DNA from: Auanema rhodensis
Lineage: Eukaryota > Animalia > Nematoda
Assembly: GCA_964057225.1 (NCBI GenBank)
Contig: OZ059899.1
Location: forward strand, 2,356,001-2,420,000
Direction of reading: 5' to 3'
Length of the DNA: 64,000 nt
Shown: positions 36,116 through 47,500 of the stretch, in pieces
Layout: every line of letters begins with the position of its first letter
How positions within the stretch are numbered: the first letter of the stretch is position 1
Made by a program: the position numbers and the translations under genes
Notes under the pieces: generated by a model
Databases searched by the model: none
What the model was told of the DNA's origin: nothing
Seen by the model: only the letters and a program-made list of their open reading frames with translations

Positions 36116-37870
36116 GTTTTTGGAAGCAATGTTGAGTGTACATGGAAACTCAACATACACTAATGCATCATTTTTCAAACGATCATAACTAATTTTTGTA
36201 TCAAGCGTTTCTCAATGTAGTATAGTGCATTCGATGCGGATTTTTAAGCTGCGTCGATCTGTGTTATCAGATTTGCGCTAGCTTAAAAATGCACCGAGAT
36301 ATCAACTGATATAAGTTCACACTTATATCCTCGATTTTCACCCTGAAGAATTAATTTTTTCGTTGAATAACATTGTCCATCGTCTTTGCCGTGAAAAATG
36401 GAATCTAAAAACATCTACTTTTTGCTAAATTATTTTGAAATTTTTGGAAAAAATTTTTGTCAAAATGTTTTTGGAAGCAATGTTGAGTGTACATGGAAAC
36501 TCAACATACACTAATGCATCATTTTTCAAACAATCATAACTAATTTGTGTATTAAGCGTTTCTCAATGTAGTATAGTGCATTCGATGCGGATTTTTAAGC
36601 TGCGTCGATCTGTGTTATCAGATTTGCGCTAGCTTAAAAATGCACCGAGATATCAACTGATATAAGTTCACACTTATATCCTCGATTTTCACCCTGAAGA
36701 ATTAATTTTTTCGTTGAATAACATTGTCCATCGTCTTTGCCGTGAAAAATGGAATCTAAAAACATCTACTTTTTGCTAAATTATTTTGAAATTTTTGGAA
36801 AAAATTTTTGTCAAAATGTTTTTGGAAGCAATGTTGAGTGTACATGGAAACTCAACATACACTAATGCATCATTTTTCAAACAATCATAACTAATTTGTG
36901 TATTAAGCGTTTCTCAATGTAGTATAGTGCATTCGATGCGGATTTTTAAGCTGCGTCGATCTGTGTTATCAGATTTGCGCTAGCTTAAAAATGCACCGAG
37001 ATATCAACTGATATAAGTTCACACTTATATCCTCGATTTTCACCCTGAAGAATTGATTTTTTCGTTGAATAACATTGTCTATCGTCTTTGCCTTGAAAAA
37101 TGGAATCTAAAAACATCTACTTTTTGCTAAATTATTTTGAAATTTTTCGAAAAAATTTTTGTCAAAATGTTTTTGGAAGCAATGTTGAGTGTACATGGAA
37201 ACTCAACATACACTAATGCATCATTTTTCAAACAATCATAACTAATTTGTGTATTAAGCGTTTCTCAATGTAGTATAGTGCATTCGATGCGGATTTTTAA
37301 GCTGCGTCGATCTGTGTTATCAGATTTGCGCTAGCTTGAAAATGCACCGAGATATCAACTGATATAAGTTCACACTTATATCCTCGATTTTCACCCTGAA
37401 GAATTGATTTTTTCGTTGAATAACATTGTCTATCGTCTTTGCCTTGAAAAATGGAATTTAAAAACATCTACTTTTTGCTAAATTATTTTGAAATTTTTCG
37501 AAAAAATTTTTGTCAAAATGTTTTTGGAAGCAATGTTGAGTGTACATGGAAACTCAACATACACTAATGCATCATTTTTCAAACAATCATAACTAATTTT
37601 TGTATCAAGCGTTTCTTAATGTAGTATAGTGCATTCGATGCGGATTTTTAAGCTGCGTCGATCTGTGTTATCAGATTTGCGCTAGATTAAAAATGCACCG
37701 AGATATCAACTGATATAAGTTCACACTTATATCCTCGATTTGCACCCTGAAGAATTAATTTTTTCGTTGAATAACATTGTCCATCGTCTTTGCCTTAAAA
37801 AAAGGAATCTAAAAACATCTACTTTTTGCTAAATTATTTTGAAATTTTTCGAAAAAATTTTTGTCAAAAT
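36116..37870. repeat. 351-bp satellite spacer, 5 monomers
   Basis: 1,755 bp = 5x351 between elements 3 and 4. Confidence 0.97.
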
Positions 37871-38248
37871 AATCAAAGAACGAAAAATAAAAAGAGAAAG
37901 ATTTATTAAAGAAAACAAAAAAAAATACAAAAAAATTCAAGAGAAAATTCCAAACTGAAAAAAATATAAAAAAATTCCTTATCACAATAATTTTAGGACA
38001 AAAACAACTAAATATTGTTTTAATCAGATTACGGTAGTTGATTATCAACAGTTCACTGTTTACCAACAATCTCTAAATGGAGCGCGATTACTATGGATTG
38101 TTTTATCAATGGGTCATTTTATTCAAATTATTCATTTTATTTAATTTTTTGATGAATAATTGTTATCTTAATATTTTATATAAATTATATTATATATTTA
38201 TCTTCATTTATACTATTCATTTTAGTATCTATAGCCATATTCTTGACA
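37871..38248 (-). repeat. 3' LTR, copy 4
   Basis: Same 378-bp sequence, adjacent PPT. Confidence 0.95.
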
Positions 38249-38393
38249 TCCCCGGCCTCTCAAATTTCTCGTCCCGAGAAAAAATTCTTCTTATTACTAT
38301 TTATTCAATAGTTTAACAGTTTCATTAAAAACAATAATAAAAATAAACATTTACAACATACATGAGAAAATTTAAATTTCAACAAGAAATTAG

Positions 38394-40703
38394 TTATGGT
38401 GCTGTTTTTTTAAACTGTTGTTGAGGCTTATGGGTTTTGTGCATCTCATTCAGTGCAGTCAGCTTTTCAGTCCAATTCTCGGACTCCCATTTACCGACAA
38501 TCTCTCCTTTCGTTATCGTGGTTGGCTGGCATGTCATGTTAGCCACAATCACTGTAGTGGAACTATTGGTGTCCACTTTACATATTCCCGTGGGTATATC
38601 ACTCCTATGGGATACCAGTAAGCTATCTTTCTGCTCGTCACATGAGATTTGTAGCGTTCTACTTTTATTCGCAGGTATATAAACTCTCTGTAAGGCTATG
38701 GCCTCTTTTCTATAAAACTTCAAAGATATGCCCAAATCTTTCAGGGCATTCGTACCAATAAGTATAGAATCATCTCTACTTTTTCTCACCAAAAAACATA
38801 CTTGTGCAGTTTTTTTACTTTCTGAGCAATAAACTTCACAGCTTATTGCTCCAACAAAATTCATTCGCGTACCCGAGGCATTCGCTATGAACTTATCTCC
38901 ATTCCAAGGAAGTTGAGTTACACTTCTATCTAAGTCAACCCCTTCATTCATCAAATTAACTAGAGCTTGTGACGACATCACTGATATTTGTGATCCCGTG
39001 TCAATAAGAACTTTTTTATTTCTCATACTGCAGATTAACATAGGTAGTAAACTCTGCTCACCAATCAATTTTGCATCATAGCTGTTGTTGCATGTTTTGA
39101 TAGTTTTGTTCCATGCAACAGCTTGCTTATTCATAACAGAACCCATATTGTTCTGTTCTTCTTCAATTCTTTTAGAATTGTCTGATGGTCGTTTTCTCTC
39201 AGCACAATGTGTTGCTATATGACCACTTCTGTTACATATGTAACAAATAACTTCTTTTCTCTGTGGAAAATTACGAACCTTTTCAGTTACGTAACTGCCA
39301 CGATTGGTCATGTGTTGACCACTAGCAGTATTATTCTGCTTCAAAAATCTCAGCCTGGGCAGGTTTACTTCAGGTATTCTGTCCTTTCTATGCTGATTGT
39401 AGTGAATGCGCTTATTTCTTTCACAACGTAAAGCGACCTCTTTCACCTTCTCATACACCTCCCCTTCTTCACTAGTCTCTATTGTCTCAAGTACTTGTAA
39501 TGCACAAGTACATTCTCTGAGTACCTCATACAAGACTTGAGCTCTTGTGAACGATAACTTTGACATAGACAATCCGGGGTAAGCCTTCCTAGAAGTTTCT
39601 TCTAGTTTCTTACAAAAGCTTATTAGATTGCTATTGTTGTCAAACTTCAAAGATTTAAGAGCAGCTATGGCATCTAACCTACTTGCTCTCTTAGAATACT
39701 CATGTTGCTTATTCAGTTCCTCTATTATTTTGTCGAGCGAACTGTTTCTGATTATTTCAGGCAACTCATCATACCTATCTCTCACCTCTCCTCTTAATTT
39801 TTCTACAAACAGCGTTCTGCGGCCGCTTGCCGACCACGTGCTTTTTGGGTATTTCAGGTGAAACCCTTCTACAAAATGGTTCCATTTCTCGAACGACCCA
39901 CTCGAAAAACTTGGAACATCAGGCAGCAATTGCGCTCGCATTATGTCCAAAAACGCTTCATTCTGCGCGCTGAGTCCATTAAAAGGCAAAGATGACTCAC
40001 CCTTGGAGTCTAATCCCTCTTTTTTTTCCTGTTCCTGTTGAACATCCGTCAACCATTTCTGAGTTGTTCCTAACTCCTTCTGTCGATGCAACTGTAAAAT
40101 ATATTCAATTTCAGAATTTTCCTCTTCTATTTTACCTGCTGCTTTGTCATCAATCATCATATCCGCCATAGCTAATTGCGCTTGGCTCTCGATAGCTGCT
40201 GATCTCTGCAAATTAAAACTATTAAATATTTCATGCTTCAAAGATTTTTTATCACATTTGAAAAAATCGCATAAATCTTTCATAGTACTATTAATGGCCC
40301 TCATCTCGTCCACTATCTCACTTTCATTGAGTTGGAAAATCTCACAAATGAATTTAGTTGTTTCCGCTCGTTTATCAGCTAACTTCAGAGTATTACCCAA
40401 CTCTGAAGGCTTTTTGAGCCCACTCTTGTTCATTACTGTAATAATGGACTGGATAAATCTCCAATTTTGCCCTTTTCGCAATTCACTAGCTAAATTTTGC
40501 TTTATTGAGTTTATCAAATTAGCAACTTTCTGCTCTGCTCTCCTTTTCTCAGCAGAATTCCTGATTTTTTCCGTAAAATCTTTACGTAAACAATCATTCA
40601 ACGGCTCTATAGCCGATAATATTTCAGAGATGAATGAATTCAACATTACCTCTTCAAATGCGCTCTCGAAGTCCATATCGAGCAATTCATTCACAAATGA
40701 CAT
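38394..40703 (-). CDS. gag: Gag-aspartic protease polyprotein, 769 aa
   Basis: Same translation as copy 3. Confidence 0.92.
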   Translation of the reverse strand: MSFVNELLDMDFESAFEEVMLNSFISEILSAIEPLNDCLRKDFTEKIRNSAEKRRAEQKVANLINSIKQNLASELRKGQNWRFIQSIITVMNKSGLKKPSELGNTLKLADKRAETTKFICEIFQLNESEIVDEMRAINSTMKDLCDFFKCDKKSLKHEIFNSFNLQRSAAIESQAQLAMADMMIDDKAAGKIEEENSEIEYILQLHRQKELGTTQKWLTDVQQEQEKKEGLDSKGESSLPFNGLSAQNEAFLDIMRAQLLPDVPSFSSGSFEKWNHFVEGFHLKYPKSTWSASGRRTLFVEKLRGEVRDRYDELPEIIRNSSLDKIIEELNKQHEYSKRASRLDAIAALKSLKFDNNSNLISFCKKLEETSRKAYPGLSMSKLSFTRAQVLYEVLRECTCALQVLETIETSEEGEVYEKVKEVALRCERNKRIHYNQHRKDRIPEVNLPRLRFLKQNNTASGQHMTNRGSYVTEKVRNFPQRKEVICYICNRSGHIATHCAERKRPSDNSKRIEEEQNNMGSVMNKQAVAWNKTIKTCNNSYDAKLIGEQSLLPMLICSMRNKKVLIDTGSQISVMSSQALVNLMNEGVDLDRSVTQLPWNGDKFIANASGTRMNFVGAISCEVYCSESKKTAQVCFLVRKSRDDSILIGTNALKDLGISLKFYRKEAIALQRVYIPANKSRTLQISCDEQKDSLLVSHRSDIPTGICKVDTNSSTTVIVANMTCQPTTITKGEIVGKWESENWTEKLTALNEMHKTHKPQQQFKKTAP

Positions 40704-41133
40704 TTCACCTATCAATGAAAAAAAATTACTAGAAGTTTCCTCTACTAATTTATTGCTATTTGAAAGAATCAAACAAGCACTTATATCAAGAAAATTGAAT
40801 TTACTTGATATTAGTTACTACTACCCAAGTTCTGAATGTAGTTCACAGCGGAAGAAATCAGAAAAAGTGTTTAAAAGAAAACACTTTAACCAAAAACAAC
40901 CGTACAACAATATACCAAGAGACACTGTTGTTACCAACACTGTCAAATGATAATTGTTCTGTAAACTTCACTTTTATTCGGCAAATACCAAACAAAATTG
41001 AATGAATACAAACAGAACCCTATTCAGGTAGCAGTGACTTTTTCACCAAACTCTATTCGAGCTTTCAAACAGGGTTATATGAGCAATTAGCTCAACCCAA
41101 ACAATAAAATAGTGAAGACCGGTTCGGCCCCCA

Positions 41134-41511
41134 AATCAAAGAACGAAAAATAAAAAGAGAAAGATTTATTAAAGAAAACAAAAAAAAATACAAAAAAATT
41201 CAAGAGAAAATTCCAAACTGAAAAAAATATAAAAAAATTCCTTATCACAATAATTTTAGGACAAAAACAACTAAATATTGTTTTAATCAGATTACGGTAG
41301 TTGATTATCAACAGTTCACTGTTTACCAACAATCTCTAAATGGAGCGCGATTACTATGGATTGTTTTATCAATGGGTCATTTTATTCAAATTATTCATTT
41401 TATTTAATTTTTTGATGAATAATTGTTATCTTAATATTTTATATAAATTATATTATATATTTATCTTCATTTATACTATTCATTTTAGTATCTATAGCCA
41501 TATTCTTGACA
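41134..41511 (-). repeat. 5' LTR, copy 4
   Basis: Same 378-bp sequence, adjacent PBS. Confidence 0.95.
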
Positions 41512-41512
41512 C

Positions 41513-44500
41513 GTTTTTGGAAGCAATGTTGAGTGTACATGGAAACTCAACATACACTAATGCATCATTTTTCAAACGATCATAACTAATTTTTGTATCA
41601 AGCGTTTCTCAATGTAGTATAGTGCATTCGATGCGGATTTTTAAGCTGCGTCGATCTGTGTTATCAGATTTGCGCTAGCTTAAAAATGCACCGAGATATC
41701 AACTGATATAAGTTCACACTTATATCCTCGATTTTCACCCTGAAGAATTATTTTTTTCGTTGAATAACATTGTCCATCGTCTTTGCCTTGTAAAATGGAA
41801 TCTAAAAACATCTACTTTTTGCTCAATTATTTTGAAATTTTTGGAAAAAATTTTTGTCAAAATGTTTTTGGAAGCAATGTTGAGTGTACATGGAAACTCA
41901 ACATACACTAATGCATCATTTTTCAAACGATCATAACTAATTTTTGTATCAAGCGTTTCTCAATGTAGTATAGTGCATTCGATGCGGATTTTTAAGCTGC
42001 GTCGATCTGTGTTATCAGATTTGCGCTAGCTTAAAAATGCACCGAGATATCAACTGATATAAGTTCACACTTATATCCTCGATTTTCACCCTGAAGAATT
42101 AATTTTTTCGTTGAATAACATTGTCCATCGTCTTTGCCTTGAAAAATGGAATCTAAAAACATCTACTTTTTGCTAAATTATTTTGAAATTTTTCGAAAAA
42201 ATTTTTGTCAAAATGTTTTTGGAAGCAATGTTGAGTGTACATGGAAACTCAACATACACTAATGCATCATTTTTCAAACAATCATAACTAATTTTTGTAT
42301 CAAGCGTTTCTTAATGTAGTATAGTGCATTCGATGCGGATTTTTAAGCTGCGTCGATCTGTGTTATCAGATTTGCGCTAGATTAAAAATGCACGGAGATA
42401 TCAACTGATATAAGTTCACACTTATATCCTCGATTTTCACCCTGAAGAATTAATTTTTTCGTTGAATAACATTGTCCATCGTCTTTGCCTTGGAAAATGG
42501 AATCTAAAAACATCTACTTTTTGCTAAATTATTTTGAAATTTTTGGAAAAAATTTTTGTCAAAATGTTTTTGGAAGCAATGTTGAGTGTACATGGAAACT
42601 CAACATACACTAATGCATCATTTTTCAAACAATCATAACTAATTTGTGTATTAAGCGTTTCTCAATGTAGTATAGTGCATTCGATGCGGATTTTTAAGCT
42701 GCGTCGATCTGTGTTATCAGATTTGCGCTAGCTTAAAAATGCACCGAGATATCAACTGATATAAGTTCACACTTATATCCTCGATTTTCACCCTGAAGAA
42801 TTGATTTTTTCGTTGAATAACATTGTCTATCGTCTTTGCCTTGAAAAATGGAATCTAAAAACATCTACTTTTTGCTAAATTATTTTGAAATTTTTCGAAA
42901 AAATTTTTGTCAAAATGTTTTTGGAAGCAATGTTGAGTGTACATGGAAACTCAACATACACTAATGCATCATTTTTCAAACGATCATAACTAATTTTTGT
43001 ATCAAGCGTTTCTCAATGTAGTATAGTGCATTCGATGCGGATTTTTAAGCTGCGTCGATCTGTGTTATCAGATTTGCGCTAGCTTAAAAATGCACCGAGA
43101 TATCAACTGATATAAGTTCACACTTATATCCTCGATTTTCACCCTGAAGAATTAATTTTTTCGTTGAATAACATTGTCAATCGTCTTTGCCTTGAAAAAT
43201 GGAATCTAAAAACATCTACTTTTTGCTAAATTATTTTGAAATTTTTGGAAAAAATTTTTGTCAAAATGTTTTTGGAAGCAATGTTGAGTGTACATGGAAA
43301 CTCAACATACACTAATGCATCATTTTTCAAACAATCATAACTAATTTGTGTATTAAGCGTTTCTCAATGTAGTATAGTGCATTCGATGCGGATTTTTAAG
43401 CTGCGTCGATCTGTGTTATCAGATTTGCGCTAGCTTAAAAATGCACCGAGATATCAACTGATATAAGTTCACACTTATATCCTCGATTTTCACCCTGAAG
43501 AATTGATTTTTTCGTTGAATAACATTGTCTATCGTCTTTGCCTTGAAAAATGGAATCTAAAAACATCTACTTTTTGCTAAATTATTTTGAAATTTTTCGA
43601 AAAAATTTTTGTCAAAATGTTTTTGGAAGCAATGTTGAGTGTACATGGAAACTCAACATACACTAATGCATCATTTTTCAAACGATCATAACTAATTTTT
43701 GTATCAAGCGTTTCTCAATGTAGTATAGTGCATTCGATGCGGATTTTTAAGCTGCGTCGATCTGTGTTATCAGATTTGCGCTAGCTTAAAAATGCACCGA
43801 GATATCAACTGATATAAGTTCACACTTATATCCTCGATTTTCACCCTGAAGAATTAATTTTTTCGTTGAATAACATTGTCCATCGTCTTTGCCTTGAAAA
43901 ATGGAATCTAAAAACATCTACTTTTTGCTAAATTATTTTGAAATTTTTGGAAAAAATTTTTGTCAAAATGTTTTTGGAAGCAATGTTGAGTGTACATGGA
44001 AACTCAACATACACTAATGCATCATTTTTCAAACAATCATAACTAATTTGTGTATTAAGCGTTTCTCAATGTAGTATAGTGCATTCGATGCGGATTTTTA
44101 AGCTGCGTCGATCTGTGTTATCAGATTTGCGCTAGCTTAAAAATGCACCGAGATATCAACTGATATAAGTTCACACTTATATCCTCGATTTTCACCCTGA
44201 AGAATTGATTTTTTCGTTGAATAACATTGTCTATCGTCTTTGCCTTGAAAAATGGAATCTAAAAACATCTACTTTTTGCTAAATTATTTTGAAATTTTTC
44301 GAAAAAATTTTTGTCAAAATGTTTTTGGAAGCAATGTTGAGTGTACATGGAAACTCAACATACACTAATGCATCATTTTTCAAACGATCATAACTGATTT
44401 TTGTATTAAGCGTTTCTCAATGTAGTATAGTGCATTCGATGCGGATTTTTAAGCTGCGTCGATCTGTGTTATCAGATTTGCGCTAGCTTAAAAATGCACC

Positions 44501-47500
44501 GAGATATCAACTGATATAAGTTCACACTTATATCCTCGATTTTCACCCTGAAGAATTGATTTTTTCGTTGAATAACATTGTCTATCGTCTTTACCTTGAA
44601 AAATGGAATCTAAAAACATCTACTTTTTGCTAAATTATTTTGAAATTTTTCGAAAAAATTTTTGTCAAAATGTTTTTGGAAGCAATGTTGAGTGTACATG
44701 GAAACTCAACATACACTAATGCATCATTTTTCAAACGATCATAACTAATTTTTGTATCAAGCGTTTCTCAATGTAGTATAGTGCATTCGATGCGGATTTT
44801 TAAGCTGCGTCGATCTGTGTTATCAGATTTGCGCTAGCTTAAAAATGCACGGAGATATCAACTGATATAAGTTCACACTTATATCCTCGATTTTCACCCT
44901 GAAGAATTAATTTTTTCGTTGAATAACATTGTCCATCGTCTTTGCCTTGGAAAATGGAATCTAAAAACATCTACTTTTTGCTAAATTATTTTGAAATTTT
45001 TGGAAAAAATTTTTGTCAAAATGTTTTTGGAAGCAATGTTGAGTGTACATGGAAACTCAACATACACTAATGCATCATTTTTCAAACAATCATAACTAAT
45101 TTGTGTATTAAGCGTTTCTCAATGTAGTATAGTGCATTCGATGCGGATTTTTAAGCTGCGTCGATCTGTGTTATCAGATTTGCGCTAGCTTAAAAATGCA
45201 CCGAGATATCAACTGATATAAGTTCACACTTATATCCTCGATTTTCACCCTGAAGAATTGATTTTTTCGTTGAATAACATTGTCTATCGTCTTTGCCTTG
45301 AAAAATGGAATCTAAAAACATCTACTTTTTGCTAAATTATTTTGAAATTTTTCGAAAAAATTTTTGTCAAAATGTTTTTGGAAGCAATGTTGAGTGTACA
45401 TGGAAACTCAACATACACTAATGCATCATTTTTCAAACGATCATAACTAATTTTTGTATCAAGCGTTTCTCAATGTAGTATAGTGCATTCGATGCGGATT
45501 TTTAAGCTGCGTCGATCTGTGTTATCAGATTTGCGCTAGCTTAAAAATGCACCGAGATATCAACTGATATAAGTTCACACTTATATCCTCGATTTTCACC
45601 CTGAAGAATTAATTTTTTCGTTGAATAACATTGTCCATCGTCTTTGCCTTGAAAAATGGAATCTAAAAACATCTACTTTTTGCTAAATTATTCTGAAATT
45701 TTTGGAAAAAATTTTTGTCAAAATGTTTTTGGAAGCAATGTTGAGTGTACATGGAAACTCAACATACACTAATGCATCATTTTTCAAACAATCATAACTA
45801 ATTTGTGTATTAAGCGTTTCTCAATGTAGTATAGTGCATTCGATGCGGATTTTTAAGCTGCGTCGATCTGTGTTATCAGATTTGCGCTAGCTTAAAAATG
45901 CACCGAGATATCAACTGATATAAGTTCACACTTATATCCTCGATTTTCACCCTGAAGAATTGATTTTTTCGTTGAATAACATTGTCTATCGTCTTTGCCT
46001 TGAAAAATGGAATCTAAAAACATCTACTTTTTGCTAAATTATTTTGAAATTTTTCGAAAAAATTTTTGTCAAAATGTTTTTGGAAGCAATGTTGAGTGTA
46101 CATGGAAACTCAACATACACTAATGCATCATTTTTCAAACGATCATAACTAATTTTTGTATCAAGCGTTTCTCAATGTAGTATAGTGCATTCGATGCGGA
46201 TTTTTAAGCTGCGTCGATCTGTGTTATCAGATTTGCGCTAGCTTAAAAATGCACGGAGATATCAACTGATATAAGTTCACACTTATATCCTCGATTTTCA
46301 CCCTGAAGAATTAATTTTTTCGTTGAATAACATTGTCCATCGTCTTTGCCTTGGAAAATGGAATCTAAAAACATCTACTTTTTGCTAAATTATTTTGAAA
46401 TTTTGGAAAAAAATTTTGGTCAAAATGTTTTTGGAAGCAATGTTGAGTGTACATGGAAACTCAACATACACTAATGCATCATTTTTCAAACGATCATAAC
46501 TAATTTTTGTATCAAACGTTTCTCAATGTAGTATAGTGCATTCGATGCGGATTTTTAAGCTGCGTCGATCTGTGTTATCAGATTTGCGCTAGCTTAAAAA
46601 TGCACCGAGATGTCAACTGATATAAGTTCACACTTATATCCTCGATTTTCACCCTGAAGAATTGATTTTTTCGTTGAATAACATTGTCTATCGTCTTTGC
46701 CTTGAAAAATGGAATCTAAAAACATCTACTTTTTGCTAAATTATTCTGAAATTTTTCGAAAAAATTTTTGTCAAAATGTTTTTGGAAGCAATGTTGAGTG
46801 TACATGGAAACTCAACATACACTAATGCATCATTTTTCAAACAATCATAACTAATTTGTGTATTAAGCGTTTCTCAATGTAGTATAGTGCATTCGATGCG
46901 GATTTTTAAGCTGCGTCGATCTGTGTTATCAGATTTGCGCTAGCTTAAAAATGCACCGAGATATCAACTGATATAAGTTCACACTTATATCCTCGATTTT
47001 CACCCTGAAGAATTGATTTTTTCGTTGAATAACATTGTCTATCGTCTTTGCCTTGAAAAATGGAATTTAAAAACATCTACTTTTTGCTAAATTATTTTGA
47101 AATTTTTCGAAAAAATTTTTGTCAAAATGTTTTTGGAAGCAATGTTGAGTGTACATGGAAACTCAACATACACTAATGCATCATTTTTCAAACAATCATA
47201 ACTAATTTGTGTATTAAGCGTTTCTCAATGTAATATAGTGCATTCGATGCGGATTTTTAAGCTGCGTCGATCTGTGTTATCAGATTTGCGCTAGCTTAAA
47301 AATGCACCGAGATATCAACTGATATAAGTTCACACTTATATCCTCGATTTTCACCCTGAAGAATTGATTTTTTCGTTGAATAACATTGTCTATCGTCTTT
47401 GCCTTGAAAAATGGAATTTAAAAACATCTACTTTTTGCTAAATTATTTTGAAATTTTTCGAAAAAATTTTTGTCAAAATGTTTTTGGAAGCAATGTTGAG

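Larger units (their letters stand above)
37871..41511 (-). mobile_element. Same LTR element, copy 4, complete
   Basis: Copy 3 at offset +5397; shares the Ala>Val SNP (39784). Confidence 0.95.

Noticed and set aside
21074-41511. Four independent site-specific insertions into the satellite
   Set aside because: Shared private flanking variants, the shared extra C and exact spacing arithmetic point to duplication of one insertion.
41735-41926. 63-aa minus-strand ORF in one satellite monomer
   Set aside because: Opened by private substitutions in a single monomer; the other monomers have stops in this frame.
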